DNA of 64,000 nucleotides from Rhodopseudomonas sp. (GCF_036404135.1 NZ_DASWPE010000039.1:3219-67218); one strand, 5' to 3'. Counted from the first letter of the stretch, positions 29,861-41,238 are shown. Made by a program: numbers and translations. The notes: a model not told the origin generated them from the sequence alone.

Positions 29861-30670
29861 TTACTTCGCGTCCGCCGGCGGCGCGTCGGGGGCCGCCGGC
29901 GTGTCGGCGAGTGTCAACAATCGTTGCAGCGGTTGCGGCGAGACTCTGAATACGCCGTCGAATGGATCTTCCTGTAGCGCCACCAGGCCGAGCGCCACGA
30001 TCGCGCCGGAGGCGAACACGATCAGCGCCGCCAGCATCGCCCGCGGCCGCTCGAGATGCACCAGCGCCAGCGCGATCTGAGTGATCAGGCCGAGGATTAG
30101 CACCGAGATCCATTTCAGATCGTTGGTCCGGTCGGACGACAGGCTGAGCCGGATGGCGCGCGCGGTGGCGACCCGCACCGCGGCGTTGAGCATCGCGCCG
30201 TGCACCGCGTTGCTGTCCTCGCGGCTGATCGCGGGGTCGCTGATCCGGCGTAGCAATTCGTCGAACGCCGCGTCGGTTTGCGACGAGCTGCCGCCTTCCA
30301 CCGCCGGCCATTCGTCATGTACAACGGAGGCGGTGTAGGCCTTCAGCGCGATGCGGATCGCACTCATTTCGGACACCGACGCCACGCTCAGCGTGTAGAT
30401 GTTGCGCAGCTCGCCGGCTTCGCTCTGCACCGCGCGGCTGGCCTGGCGGTTGCGATCGCCGACATCGTTGGCGAGAAAGCCCGTGAGCAAGGCGAACAGC
30501 ATCGCCACCGAGGAGAAGAACGGCGCCACCACGCCGTTCACGCTCTTGATGCGCGGGCCGAGCGGCGAGAGGAAGATCACGCCGACCAGCGCCAGCGCCG
30601 TGCCATAATAAAGAATGCCGAGCGTGGCGAAGGTCCCGAAGGTCGAGAGGTCAAGCCAGGCTCGGATCAT
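29861..30670 (-). CDS. DUF4239 (bestrophin-like) membrane protein
   Basis: Four TM segments, LFALLTGF, DEWP, PF.G...VSP pattern. Confidence 0.7.
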   Translation of the reverse strand: MIRAWLDLSTFGTFATLGILYYGTALALVGVIFLSPLGPRIKSVNGVVAPFFSSVAMLFALLTGFLANDVGDRNRQASRAVQSEAGELRNIYTLSVASVSEMSAIRIALKAYTASVVHDEWPAVEGGSSSQTDAAFDELLRRISDPAISREDSNAVHGAMLNAAVRVATARAIRLSLSSDRTNDLKWISVLILGLITQIALALVHLERPRAMLAALIVFASGAIVALGLVALQEDPFDGVFRVSPQPLQRLLTLADTPAAPDAPPADAK

Positions 30671-30680
30671 CGAATGTCCT

Positions 30681-31862
30681 TTATGCCGATGAGGAGCCGC
30701 ACAGCTCGGCGGCGAAGCCGAGCCACGGCCGGTTCTTGATCGCGGCGGCCTCGCGCAGCACCGCTTCGGTCTGCGGCGCCAGCGCGCTCATATCGTATTT
30801 GGCGCGCGCCGCGGCCTGCGCGGCGTCGCCCATCGCTTGGCGCCGCTGCGGATCGGCGGCGAGCGCGATCAGATGCCGGCTGATGGCGTCGACGTCGCCG
30901 ACCTTCACCACATGGCCGGTGACGTTCTCGGCGACGAAGTCCGACAGCATGCCGACGTCGGTGGCGATCACCGGCAGCCCGCGCGACATCGCCTCCAGCA
31001 CCGCGAGCGGGCTCGACTCTTTTCGCGACGCCAGCACGAAGGCGTCCATCGCGGCCAATAGCGCCGGCACGTCGTTGCGGCTGCCGGTGGTGATCAGTTG
31101 CGAAGCCACGCCGAGTTCGTCGACGACCTTGGTGAGTTCGTCGAAATACTCTTTGAAACGACCGCCGACCAACAGCAGCCAGGCGCGGGGCTCGGTCTTC
31201 AGCACGTTGGCGAGCGCGCGCACCACGTCGATCTGGCGCTTGCGTTCGCAGATGTCGCCGACGCAGCCGATCACGAAGGAATCTTGTGGCAAACCCAAGG
31301 CATCGCGCGCCGCCATCCGTTCGGCGTCGCCGATCACCGGAAACGAGCGGGTGTCGATGAAACTCGGAATCATCCGCATCGCCCGGTGCGACACCCGGTT
31401 GACTTTAATGTGGTGCGCCTCGGCGTCCGGCGAGGTGGCGATCACCCGGTTATTGAACCACCAGTGCAGCTGCAGCGAGGTCGAATGCGCGGTGGCGACC
31501 ACCGGCCGGCGGCTGAGGATCCGCGCCAGCATGCCGTAGGTGTGGGCGCTGCTCATATGGGTATGCAGCACCTCGGGCTGGAACGCGTTCAGCCGCTTGG
31601 TCACCCGGATCAGCTCGGCGGGGCTGCGGCCGAACGAGGTGGCGAATTTCTCCGCGCCCTCAAGTCCGGGGCGGTCGGCGATCCAGGCGCCGGGGCGATG
31701 CAGCAGCAGCACGCGATGGCCGCGGCTGAGCAGATATTGCACCAGCAGCAGGCAATGCATCGCGACGCCGTTGACGCCGGTGCCGGAAATCAACAGGGCG
31801 ATCCGCATCGGGGCGGAGGAGGGGGCTGCGGGATTGACGGTCATGGCGGCAGGGGGGATCAC
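30681..31862 (-). CDS. Glycosyltransferase family 4
   Basis: ESSPLAVLEAMSRGLPVIATDVG (Ex7E) GT-B motif. Confidence 0.9.
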   Translation of the reverse strand: MIPPAAMTVNPAAPSSAPMRIALLISGTGVNGVAMHCLLLVQYLLSRGHRVLLLHRPGAWIADRPGLEGAEKFATSFGRSPAELIRVTKRLNAFQPEVLHTHMSSAHTYGMLARILSRRPVVATAHSTSLQLHWWFNNRVIATSPDAEAHHIKVNRVSHRAMRMIPSFIDTRSFPVIGDAERMAARDALGLPQDSFVIGCVGDICERKRQIDVVRALANVLKTEPRAWLLLVGGRFKEYFDELTKVVDELGVASQLITTGSRNDVPALLAAMDAFVLASRKESSPLAVLEAMSRGLPVIATDVGMLSDFVAENVTGHVVKVGDVDAISRHLIALAADPQRRQAMGDAAQAAARAKYDMSALAPQTEAVLREAAAIKNRPWLGFAAELCGSSSA

Positions 31863-31966
31863 AGCTTGTCGGAGAGGCTTCTCCGAATCAGGAAAATCGA
31901 CGAAATTTCAACGCCGCATAAGGTTCGCATCGATTTCATCGGGCCACCGCAGTTTGAGGACATCAA

Positions 31967-32893
31967 GTGACAAAACGCAAGCACGTCGCGGTTCTGCTCG
32001 GCGGCTGGTCGTCGGAGCGGGAGGTTTCGCTGCGTTCGGGGGCGGCCTGCGCCAACGCGCTGGAGCGCCGCGGCTACCAGGTCAGCCGGGTCGATGTGCA
32101 GCGCAACGTCGGCACCGTGCTCGATGGGCTGAAGCCGGACGCGGCGCTGGTGATGCTGCACGGCCGGCCCGGCGAGGACGGCACCATCCAGGGCGTGCTG
32201 GAGACGCTGGGGATTCCCTACAGCCATTCCGGGGTGCTGGCCTCGGCCTTGGCGATGCAGAAGGATCTGGCCAAGACCGTGATGGCGACCGCCGGCGTGC
32301 CGGTGGCCGAGGGCCTGACGCTGTCCCGCGCCGAGGTCGCCAAAAAACACGTGATGGCGCCGCCCTATGTGATCAAGCCGGTCGCCGACGGCTCCAGCGT
32401 CGGGGTCTTCATCGTCAACGAGGCCCAGGAGCATCCGCCGCAGGAATTATTCCGCGACGACTGGCCCCATGGCGACCGCCTGCTGGTCGAAAAATACGTC
32501 GCCGGCAAGGAACTGACCTGCGCGGTGGTCAAGGGCGAGCCGACCGGGGTGATCGAGATCGTGCAGACCAACAAGTTCTACGACTACGAGGCAAAGTATT
32601 CTCCCGGCGGATCAAATCACATCCTGCCTGCATCTCTTTTACCATTTGTTTACCAGGAGGTCCGAAGGTTAACGCTGGCGGCGCATGTGGCGCTCGGCTG
32701 CCGGGGCGTTAGCCGGGCGGATTTCCGCTTCGACGACCGCATCGAGGGAACGGGTGGCCTCATTTGCCTTGAGGTCAACACCCAGCCCGGCATGACCGAG
32801 ACGTCACTTGTGCCAGAGCTCGCAGCGGATGCGGGCATAACATTTGACGAGCTCGTGCAATGGATGGTGGAGGACGCCTCGCTCGGTCGGTAA
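31967..32893 (+). CDS. ddl: D-alanine--D-alanine ligase
   Basis: GGWSSEREVSL, LHGRPGEDG, YDYEAKY and EVNTQPGMT motifs. Confidence 0.97.
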   Translation: MTKRKHVAVLLGGWSSEREVSLRSGAACANALERRGYQVSRVDVQRNVGTVLDGLKPDAALVMLHGRPGEDGTIQGVLETLGIPYSHSGVLASALAMQKDLAKTVMATAGVPVAEGLTLSRAEVAKKHVMAPPYVIKPVADGSSVGVFIVNEAQEHPPQELFRDDWPHGDRLLVEKYVAGKELTCAVVKGEPTGVIEIVQTNKFYDYEAKYSPGGSNHILPASLLPFVYQEVRRLTLAAHVALGCRGVSRADFRFDDRIEGTGGLICLEVNTQPGMTETSLVPELAADAGITFDELVQWMVEDASLGR

Positions 32894-33852
32894 GACGGCA
32901 GAGGCTTCGATCTGACCTGAGAGCGGCAGCCATCGGGGTTGTCGTGCTTTTGCGTGAGCGGCTGCAGCGCGGCCGCCGCGCCAGGATCGCCCGTCGTCAG
33001 GAGCGGACCAAGAGCCCGCATCGCGTCATCGCCTTCCTGGAAACCTACGCGCCGCCGCGGATCGGCGTGGTGTTCACCGCGCTGGTGCTGCTCGGCAGCG
33101 TCGCGCTCGGCGTCGTCAAGGGCGGCCATCTCGACGAGGTGACCACCGCGCTGAGCGACGCCCGCAACGCGGTCGCCAACGTCGCCGGGTTCCGGATCAC
33201 CAATGTGGCGATCTCCGGCCGCAAGCAGCTCACCCATGACGAGGTGCTGGCGATCGGTGGCGTCACCGGCCGCTCCTCGCTGTTGTTTCTCGATGCGGCG
33301 ACCGTCCGCGACAAATTGAAAGCCAATCCGTGGATCGCCGACGCCACCGTGCTCAAGCTCTATCCGGGCCAGCTCACCATCGACATCACCGAGCGCTCGG
33401 CCTTCGCGCGCTGGCAGTTGCAGGGCCGGCTCGCGGTGATCGCCGATGATGGCGCGGTGCTGGAGCCCTATGTGGCGCGCCGCTTCGCCGCGCTGCCGCT
33501 GGTGGTCGGCAAGGGCGCCGAGACCCACGCCAAGGATTTCGTCGCGCTGCTGTCGCGCTATCCGCAGGTCAATTCGGTGGTAATGGCGGCGGTCTATGTC
33601 GGCGAGCGCCGCTGGAACCTGCGGCTGAAGAACGGCCTCGACATCCGGCTGCCGGAAAACGAGGTCGGCAACGCGCTCGCCACCTTGAGCAAGCTCGACG
33701 CCGAGGACCGGCTGTTGTCGCGCGACATCGTCGCCGTCGACATGCGGCTGCCGGACCGGCTGACGGTGCGATTGTCCGAGGACGCCGCCAAGGCGCGCGA
33801 CGAATTGTTCAACAAGGACAAGAAAGCCAAGAAGAAGGCTGGCGACGCATGA
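32860..33852 (+). CDS. ftsQ: Cell division protein FtsQ
   Basis: Single TM plus POTRA (PWI...YP...ITER), RRWNL, DMR; between ddl and ftsA. Confidence 0.92.
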   Translation: MDGGGRLARSVRRQRLRSDLRAAAIGVVVLLRERLQRGRRARIARRQERTKSPHRVIAFLETYAPPRIGVVFTALVLLGSVALGVVKGGHLDEVTTALSDARNAVANVAGFRITNVAISGRKQLTHDEVLAIGGVTGRSSLLFLDAATVRDKLKANPWIADATVLKLYPGQLTIDITERSAFARWQLQGRLAVIADDGAVLEPYVARRFAALPLVVGKGAETHAKDFVALLSRYPQVNSVVMAAVYVGERRWNLRLKNGLDIRLPENEVGNALATLSKLDAEDRLLSRDIVAVDMRLPDRLTVRLSEDAAKARDELFNKDKKAKKKAGDA

Positions 33853-35171
33853 CCGGCCTCGATCACAACCAGGCGCCGAAGACCCGGCCGATGTCGCACA
33901 AGCGCTCGGCGCTGGTGGCGTCGCTCGATATCGGAACCAGCAAGATCGCCTGCCTGATCGCAAGGCTGACGCCGTGCCCGCCCAACGAGGCGCTGCGCGG
34001 CCGCAGCCACGCCATCGAACTGGTCGGCTACAGCCAGATCCAGTCGCGCGGCGTCAAGGCCGGCGCGGTGATCGATCTCGCCGAATGCGAACGCGCGGTG
34101 CGCCAGGCGGTGGCTTTGGCCGAAGGCATGGCCAAGGTGCGGGTCGAATCCGTGCTGCTGTCGGTGTCGGCCGGCCGGCTGCAGGGCCAACTGGTGGAAG
34201 CCTCGGCGGAAATCCGCGGCGGCGCGGTGACTTCCGACGACGTCACAAGGGTGACCAGCGCCGGGATGCATCACGCCACGCCGCCGGGCCGCACCGTGCT
34301 GCATACGCTGCCGGTCAGCTACACGCTCGACGGCGTCAAAGGCATTCGCGATCCGCGCGGCATGGTGGCGCGGGCGTTCGGCGTCGACATGAACGTCGTC
34401 ACCGTCGACGGCACCGTCGCCAAGAACCTGATGCTGGTGGTGGAACGCTGCCACCTCAACGTCGAAGCCATGGCGGCGAGTCCATATGTCGCAGGGCTGT
34501 CGGTTTTGACCGACGACGAGGCCGATATCGGTGCCGCGGTGGTCGAAATGGGGGCGGGAACTACCACGATCGCCACTTATTCGGCCGGACGCTTCGTTCA
34601 TGCCTCGGGATTTGCGGTCGGCGGGCAACACATCACGATGGATTTGGCCCGCGGACTGGGGGCTTGCATTGCAGATGCCGAGCGAATCAAGACGTTATAT
34701 GGCACCGTGCTGACTGGCGGTTCCGATGCTCGCGAGTTGATGTCGGTGCCTAGCGCCGGGGACAACGAGCGGGATGCCCCGCAGATCATCTCCCGCGCTC
34801 AGATCGCCAACATCGTGCGGCATCGGGCCGAGGAGATTTTTGAAATGGTCAGGGACCGGCTCGCAGATTCCCCGTTCGCGGCAGAGCCGCGGGCGCGGGT
34901 GGTGCTGAGCGGCGGCGCCTCGCAGCTCACCGGACTGCCCGAACTCGCCACCCGGATTCTCGGCCGCCCGGTGCGGATCGGCCGGCCGCTCGGCTTCGGC
35001 CGGCTGCCCAGTGAGGCCAAGAGCGCTTCCTTCGCGGTGCCGACCGGGCTTCTGGTCTATCCGCAATATGCGCATCTCGAACACGTCGAGCCGCGCAACA
35101 TGCGCCATCACAAGACCGGCACCAATGGTTACTTCGGGAAGGTCGGCCGATGGCTGCGCGAGGGCTTCTGA
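33849..35171 (+). CDS. ftsA: Cell division protein FtsA
   Basis: LDIGTSK, GAGTT, SGGAS; amphipathic C-terminus WLREGF. Confidence 0.96.
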   Translation: MTGLDHNQAPKTRPMSHKRSALVASLDIGTSKIACLIARLTPCPPNEALRGRSHAIELVGYSQIQSRGVKAGAVIDLAECERAVRQAVALAEGMAKVRVESVLLSVSAGRLQGQLVEASAEIRGGAVTSDDVTRVTSAGMHHATPPGRTVLHTLPVSYTLDGVKGIRDPRGMVARAFGVDMNVVTVDGTVAKNLMLVVERCHLNVEAMAASPYVAGLSVLTDDEADIGAAVVEMGAGTTTIATYSAGRFVHASGFAVGGQHITMDLARGLGACIADAERIKTLYGTVLTGGSDARELMSVPSAGDNERDAPQIISRAQIANIVRHRAEEIFEMVRDRLADSPFAAEPRARVVLSGGASQLTGLPELATRILGRPVRIGRPLGFGRLPSEAKSASFAVPTGLLVYPQYAHLEHVEPRNMRHHKTGTNGYFGKVGRWLREGF

Positions 35172-35264
35172 TGACTATCGTTTCACCGCTTCAATTCCCA
35201 TCCACTCTCCCGGTTGTCGGCCGGGGACATCGCGATTCAACGCGCGCGTAATCGAGAGGCACCC

Positions 35265-37043
35265 ATGACCATCAATCTCAACGTCCCTGATATTCGCGAG
35301 CTGAGGCCCCGGATCACCGTGTTCGGTGTCGGCGGCGCCGGCGGCAACGCCGTCAACAACATGATCACCGCCGGATTGCAGGGCGTCGATTTCGTGGTCG
35401 CCAACACCGACGCGCAGGCGCTGACGATGTCGAAGGCCGAGCGCCTGGTGCAGATGGGCACCCAGGTGACGCAGGGCCTCGGCGCCGGTTCGCAGCCCGA
35501 CGTCGGCGCCGCCGCCGCGCAGGAGGTGATCGACGAGATCCGCGATCATCTGTCGGGTGCCAACATGGTGTTCGTCACCGCCGGCATGGGCGGCGGCACC
35601 GGCACCGGCGCCGCGCCGGTGATCGCCAAGGCCGCGCGTGAGATGGGCATCCTGACGGTCGGCGTGGTTACCAAGCCGTTCCACTTCGAGGGCCAGCGCC
35701 GGATGCGCACCGCGGAGTCCGGCATCACCGAATTGCACAAGGTGGTCGACACGCTGTTGATCATCCCGAACCAGAACCTGTTCCGGGTCGCCAACGAGAA
35801 AACCACCTTCGCCGACGCCTTCGCGATGGCCGACCAGGTGCTGTATTCCGGCGTCGCCTGCATCACCGACCTGATGGTCAAGGAAGGCCTGATCAATCTC
35901 GACTTCGCCGACGTCCGCGCGGTGATGCGCGAGATGGGCAAGGCGATGATGGGCACCGGCGAGGCCTCCGGCGAGAAGCGGGCGTTGACCGCCGCCGAAG
36001 CCGCGATCGCCAACCCGTTGATCGACGATTCCTCGATGAAGGGCGCCCGCGGGCTGTTGATCTCGATCACCGGCGGCAAGGACCTGACGCTGTTCGAAGT
36101 CGACGAAGCCGCCACCCGCATCCGCGAAGAGGTCGACCAGGACGCCAACATCATCGTCGGCGCCACCTTCGACGAAAGCCTCGATGGCGTGATCCGGGTC
36201 TCGGTGGTCGCCACCGGCATCGAGCAGGCCCAGCTCGCCCGCAATCTCGCAGCCCCCGCCGGCGCTGCGCCGGCCGCGCCCGCGAACGGCGGCGCTCCCG
36301 ACGGCCGGCTGGCCGATCTGACCGCGCGGCTGCGCGCCGACCAGCAGCGTGCCCAGGACGCCGCCCCGGCGGCGCCCCGCCCGACCACCGCCGCCGCACC
36401 GCGCGCGCCGTCCAACACCGTCGAGCGCGCCGCTTTGGCGGCGATCGCCGCCGCGGTCGGCACCGAGCAGATGCCGCAGGGCATCGCGCCGCAGCCGGCG
36501 TCCTATGGCGACGTCACCGTGCGCGCCATCGCCCAAAAGCCGTCGCTGTTTCCGGACCCGGAGCCGGTCCGCCAGGTCGTCGAGGAAGAACCGCCGGCCC
36601 CGGAATCGTTCATTCCGCAGCAGCCGGATCGCGCAGCGATTCGCTCGCCGCGGATGCCGAAGTTCGAGGAACTGCCGATGCCGGCGCAGAACGAGATCCG
36701 TCAGGCGCAGGGCGAAACCGAGGACGATCATCCGCACAAGACCCGGATGTCGCTGTTGCAGCGTCTCGCCAATGTCGGCCTCGGCCGGCGCGAGGACGAC
36801 GGCGAGCCGCCGGTGTCGGCGCGTCCCGCCGGCCCGGCGATGGCGCCGATGCCGCCGTTGCCGGAGCGCAAGCCGCAGCGCAGCGTCGCCGAACAGATGG
36901 CGTCCGAGCCGGTGTCGGAGTACGCGCGTCGTCCGGCGCCGCAAGGACTCGACCTCCATGGCCGCCCGGCGCCTGTGGCTCATCCGCCACAGGGCGACGA
37001 TCATCTGGATATCCCCGCCTTCCTGCGGCGCCAATCCAAGTGA
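35265..37043 (+). CDS. ftsZ: Cell division protein FtsZ (long linker)
   Basis: GGGTGTG, INLDFAD, C-terminal DIPAFLRRQ. Confidence 0.98.
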   Translation: MTINLNVPDIRELRPRITVFGVGGAGGNAVNNMITAGLQGVDFVVANTDAQALTMSKAERLVQMGTQVTQGLGAGSQPDVGAAAAQEVIDEIRDHLSGANMVFVTAGMGGGTGTGAAPVIAKAAREMGILTVGVVTKPFHFEGQRRMRTAESGITELHKVVDTLLIIPNQNLFRVANEKTTFADAFAMADQVLYSGVACITDLMVKEGLINLDFADVRAVMREMGKAMMGTGEASGEKRALTAAEAAIANPLIDDSSMKGARGLLISITGGKDLTLFEVDEAATRIREEVDQDANIIVGATFDESLDGVIRVSVVATGIEQAQLARNLAAPAGAAPAAPANGGAPDGRLADLTARLRADQQRAQDAAPAAPRPTTAAAPRAPSNTVERAALAAIAAAVGTEQMPQGIAPQPASYGDVTVRAIAQKPSLFPDPEPVRQVVEEEPPAPESFIPQQPDRAAIRSPRMPKFEELPMPAQNEIRQAQGETEDDHPHKTRMSLLQRLANVGLGRREDDGEPPVSARPAGPAMAPMPPLPERKPQRSVAEQMASEPVSEYARRPAPQGLDLHGRPAPVAHPPQGDDHLDIPAFLRRQSK

Positions 37044-37071
37044 GGCGTGTGTAACAATCGGGGCAACCCAC

Positions 37072-37105
37072 TGGCCTCGGCGGAACTCGCCGAGGCCATT
37101 ATTCT
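37072..37105 (+). terminator. Hairpin terminator after ftsZ
   Basis: TGGCCTCGGCG-gaact-CGCCGAGGCCA followed by TTATTCTT. Confidence 0.7.
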
Positions 37106-37391
37106 TCGCAGTGCAGCATCCGCGGCTGTCGCGTAACCTCCTGCGAAGACATAAGAATAGGCGAGCGGCGGGAGGCTATTGCAAGTTTTCCGATGCCACG
37201 ATCGGAGCGGAATTCGGTCAACCGGCGGCGGCTTTGCGGCGGAGTTAGGGTAACAATCCGTAAAAAAGCGTGAGTTGGTGGTGTTTGTGACAGTGGGTAT
37301 GGTTTTCTGACATTGGGGACATTGAAGGCGAGTCGCCGGATCTTCGGCTCTGCATCGTTCTTCAACTGGGTCATTGGTGGGCAGACTAGCT

Positions 37392-38351
37392 ATGAAATTC
37401 AGTCGTCAGACCACGCTTCGTTCGCAGGCCACGGTGACGGGCGTCGGTGTCCATTCCGGCCTTCCAGTGAATCTCTCCATCGGACCCGCGGATGTAAACG
37501 CGGGTTTTATTTTTGTCCGCACGGGTCTGGACGGCGCTGACCGCGAGGTCCGCGCCTCGGCGAAGTCGGTGATCGCCACCGAGCTTGCCACCGTGCTGGG
37601 CGACACCGACGGCCCGCTGGTCTCCACCGCCGAACACGTGCTCGCCGCGCTGCGCGGCATGGGCATCGACAACGCCATCATCGAAGTCGACGGCCCCGAA
37701 GTGCCGATCATGGACGGCAGCGCCGCCGCCTTCGTCGCCGCGATCGACCAGGCCGGCATGCGCGAACAGTCGGCGCCGCGCCGTTTCATCCAGGTCTTGA
37801 AGCCGGTGCAGGTCGCGATCGGCGATTCCTTCGGCGAGTTGCGGCCCCATGCCAACGGCTTTCGCGCCGAAGTCGAAATCGACTTCGCCCATCCGCTGAT
37901 CGGCCGGCAGAACTACATTCTCAACCTCAGCCCGGAAAATTTCCGCCGCGAAGTCTGCCGCGCCCGCACCTTCGGCAGCATGACCGACGTGGCGCGGCTG
38001 TGGAGCCTGGGCTACGCGCTCGGCGCTTCGTTCGACAATTCCATCGTGTTCGACGACACCAGGATGCTCAACACCGAAGGGTTGCGTTACGCCGACGAAT
38101 GCGCGCGCCACAAGGTGCTCGACGCGGTCGGCGATCTGGCGCTGGCCGGACTGCCGCTGCTCGGCGCCTACCGTTCGGTGCGCGGCGGCCACAAGCTCAA
38201 CCACGCCGTGCTGACCACGCTTCTGGCCGATCACAGCGCCTGGCGGGTGATCGAGGCCGAGCCGGCGCGGCGTCCGCGCGGCCACGCCGAAGTGGTCAGC
38301 GGCATGCTCGGCGGCATGGTGGCGCCGGCCTACGGCCCCGACGTCTCCTGA
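37392..38351 (+). CDS. lpxC: UDP-3-O-acyl-GlcNAc deacetylase
   Basis: GVGVHSG, TAEH, HKVLDAVGD and GHKLN motifs. Confidence 0.96.
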   Translation: MKFSRQTTLRSQATVTGVGVHSGLPVNLSIGPADVNAGFIFVRTGLDGADREVRASAKSVIATELATVLGDTDGPLVSTAEHVLAALRGMGIDNAIIEVDGPEVPIMDGSAAAFVAAIDQAGMREQSAPRRFIQVLKPVQVAIGDSFGELRPHANGFRAEVEIDFAHPLIGRQNYILNLSPENFRREVCRARTFGSMTDVARLWSLGYALGASFDNSIVFDDTRMLNTEGLRYADECARHKVLDAVGDLALAGLPLLGAYRSVRGGHKLNHAVLTTLLADHSAWRVIEAEPARRPRGHAEVVSGMLGGMVAPAYGPDVS

Positions 38352-38623
38352 CCGGCTTGCGCCGCGACCCCGGTCGGGCGTTCGGCGTTGCGGGGCGCGG
38401 GATGGCGCGCTGCGCAATCGGTTCCGAAGTTAACCACAGCCGCGGCGGTCGCCACCCGATCGCCTTATTCCGGGCGAAATGCCTGCGTACTCGGTTGGTT
38501 CATCGACCTTTTTGGGCTAAACCGCCTGCGGTCGCGCGGTCAGCTTCGAGCACGTCGATGGGGCTCCATGGCGATGCTCGTGGATCGCGCAGCGGGCAGG
38601 GCATCACAGGCATCAGGTAACAT

Positions 38624-39532
38624 ATGTCGGCACAACGTGTGACGCCCGGATTGCGGGAACTGGTTGTCCTTTGCGGCGGCATTCGCGCCGCCCGCGGCTT
38701 GCGGTTCGCCGCCGGCCTGATCGTGCTGACGCTGCCGCTGTCCGGCTGCGGCACCGGCGCGCTGTGGGACAAGTTCATGACCAAGGACGAGACCTACACC
38801 GACGAGCCCGCCGACAAGCTCTACAATGAGGGCTTGTACCTGATGAACAAGGGCAAGGACCCCAAGGCCGCCTCGAAGAAATTCGAAGAGGTCGACCGCC
38901 AGCATCCTTATTCCGACTGGGCGCGCAAATCGCTGTTGATGTCGGCCTACGCGTTCTACGAAGCTGGCGACTACGACAGCTGCATCGGCTCGGCGACGCG
39001 CTACGTCACCATGCATCCCGGCAGCCCGGACGCCGCCTACGCGCAATATCTGATCGCCGCCTCGCATTACGACCAGATCCCGGACATCTCCCGCGACCAG
39101 GGCCGCACCGAAAAGGCGATCGCCGCGCTCGAAGAGGTGATCCGCAAATATCCGACCTCGGAATACGCCACCTCCGCCAAGAAGAAGCTGGAAGGCGCCC
39201 GCGACCAGTTGGCCGGCAAGGAAATGAATGTCGGGCGCTATTACATGGAAAAGCGCGATTACACCGCGGCGATCAACCGCTTCAAGACCGTGGTGACGCG
39301 CTACCAGACCACACGCCACGTCGAGGAGGCGCTGGCGCGGCTGACCGAGGCCTATATGGCGATCGGCATCGTCGGCGAGGCGCAGACCGCCGCCGCCGTG
39401 CTTGGCCACAACTTTCCTGACAGCAAGTGGTACCAAGACGCCTACAATCTAGTAAAGTCCGGCGGAGTTGAGCCGAGCGAGAACCAGGGGTCCTACATCA
39501 GTAAGGCCTTCAGGAAGCTCGGCCTCGGTTAG
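38624..39532 (+). CDS. bamD: Outer membrane assembly lipoprotein BamD
   Basis: Lipobox LSGC, TPR repeats; between lpxC and recN. Confidence 0.92.
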   Translation: MSAQRVTPGLRELVVLCGGIRAARGLRFAAGLIVLTLPLSGCGTGALWDKFMTKDETYTDEPADKLYNEGLYLMNKGKDPKAASKKFEEVDRQHPYSDWARKSLLMSAYAFYEAGDYDSCIGSATRYVTMHPGSPDAAYAQYLIAASHYDQIPDISRDQGRTEKAIAALEEVIRKYPTSEYATSAKKKLEGARDQLAGKEMNVGRYYMEKRDYTAAINRFKTVVTRYQTTRHVEEALARLTEAYMAIGIVGEAQTAAAVLGHNFPDSKWYQDAYNLVKSGGVEPSENQGSYISKAFRKLGLG

Positions 39533-39544
39533 GAACATCCTCGC

Positions 39545-41230
39545 ATGCTGGCCCGCCTGTCGATCCGTGACATCGTCCTGATCGAACGGTTGGATATCGA
39601 ATTCTGCCGCGGTCTTGCGGTGTTGACCGGCGAAACCGGCGCCGGCAAGTCGATTTTGCTCGACGCCTTCGCGCTGGCGCTGGGCGGCCGCGGCGACGCT
39701 GGCCTGGTGCGCCACGGCGCCGAGCACGGCCAGGTCACCGCGGCGTTCGACGTGGCACGCGGCCATCCGGCGTTCGCGATCCTCGCCGCCAACGGCCTCG
39801 ACGACGCCAGTCCCGACGATTCTTCGGAAATGATCCTGCGCCGCGTGCAGCTCGCCGACGGCCGCACCCGCGCCTTCATCAACGACCAGACCGTCAGCGT
39901 GCAGACTTTGAAAGCCGTCGGCTCTTCCCTGGTCGAAATCCACGGCCAGCACGACGAGCGCGCGCTGGTCGATGCCGCCACCCACCGCCGGCTGCTCGAC
40001 GCCTTCGCCGGGCTGGAGAAGGACGTCGCTGCCCTCGAGACGTTGTGGGACGCTCGCCGCGCCGCCCGCGCGGCACTCGAGGCGCACCGCGCCGGCATGG
40101 AGCGCGCCGCGCGCGAGGCGGACTTTTTGCGCCACGCCGCCGACGAGCTGAAGAAGCTCAACCCCAAGGACGGCGAGGAGACCACGCTCGCCGAGCGCCG
40201 CGCCACCATGATGCAGGGCGAGAAGATCGCCGGCGATCTGCGCGAGGCGCAGGAGGCGGTCAGCGGCCATCATTCGCCGGTGGCGGCGCTTTCGGCGGCG
40301 GTGCGCCGGCTGGAGCGCCGCGCCGGCAACGCGCCGGCCTTGATCGACCCCGCGGTGAAGGCCATCGATGCCGCGATCAACGCGCTGGAGGAGGCCGACC
40401 AGCATCTCACCGCGGCCCTGATCGCGGCGGATTTCGATCCCTTGGAACTGGAGCGGATCGAGGAGCGATTGTTCGCGCTGCGCGCCGCGTCGCGCAAATA
40501 CACCACGCCGGTCGACGGTCTCGCAGCATTGGCGGCGAAATACGCCGCCGAGGTCGCGCTGATCGATGCCGGCGCCGGGCAATTGAAGGCGCTGGAGGGC
40601 AAGGCCGCCGAGGCCGATTCCCGCTATGCCGCAGCCGCCGCCAAGCTGTCGGCGGCGCGGGCAAAAGCCGCGGACAAGCTCAACAAGGCGGTAAACGGCG
40701 AGTTGGCGCCGCTCAAGCTCGAGCGTGCCAAATTCATCACCCAGGTCGAGACCGATCAGGCCGCGCCCGGCCCGCAGGGCTGCGACCGCGTCGAATTCTG
40801 GGTGCAGACCAACCCCGGCACCAAGCCGGGGCCTTTGATGAAGGTCGCCTCCGGCGGCGAGCTGTCGCGCTTCCTGCTGGCGCTCAAAGTGGTGCTGTCG
40901 GACAAGGGCTCGGCGCCGACGCTGGTGTTCGACGAAATCGACACCGGGGTCGGCGGGGCGGTCGCCGATGCGATCGGCGCCCGGCTGGCGCGCTTGGCCG
41001 CCAAGGTGCAGGTGATGGCGGTGACCCACGCCCCGCAGGTCGCCGCGCGCGCCGACCAGCATCTGTTGATCTCCAAGGACGCGCTCGACAAGGGCAAGCG
41101 CGTCGCCACGCGCGTCGACGCGCTCAAGGCCGACCGCAGGCGCGAGGAAATCGCCCGCATGCTGGCCGGCGCCGAGATCACCGCCGAGGCGCGGGCGGCG
41201 GCCGATCAGTTGATCAAGGCGGCGGGGTAG
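39545..41230 (+). CDS. recN: DNA repair protein RecN
   Basis: TGETGAGKS, SGGELSR, FDEID and VTHAPQVAA motifs. Confidence 0.97.
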   Translation: MLARLSIRDIVLIERLDIEFCRGLAVLTGETGAGKSILLDAFALALGGRGDAGLVRHGAEHGQVTAAFDVARGHPAFAILAANGLDDASPDDSSEMILRRVQLADGRTRAFINDQTVSVQTLKAVGSSLVEIHGQHDERALVDAATHRRLLDAFAGLEKDVAALETLWDARRAARAALEAHRAGMERAAREADFLRHAADELKKLNPKDGEETTLAERRATMMQGEKIAGDLREAQEAVSGHHSPVAALSAAVRRLERRAGNAPALIDPAVKAIDAAINALEEADQHLTAALIAADFDPLELERIEERLFALRAASRKYTTPVDGLAALAAKYAAEVALIDAGAGQLKALEGKAAEADSRYAAAAAKLSAARAKAADKLNKAVNGELAPLKLERAKFITQVETDQAAPGPQGCDRVEFWVQTNPGTKPGPLMKVASGGELSRFLLALKVVLSDKGSAPTLVFDEIDTGVGGAVADAIGARLARLAAKVQVMAVTHAPQVAARADQHLLISKDALDKGKRVATRVDALKADRRREEIARMLAGAEITAEARAAADQLIKAAG

Positions 41231-41238
41231 GGCTCTTT

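Noticed and set aside
34490-34860. Patches of atypical codon usage within ftsA and the end of ddl as foreign DNA
   Set aside because: The proteins are intact and colinear; more likely embedded promoters for downstream division genes, which cannot be verified here
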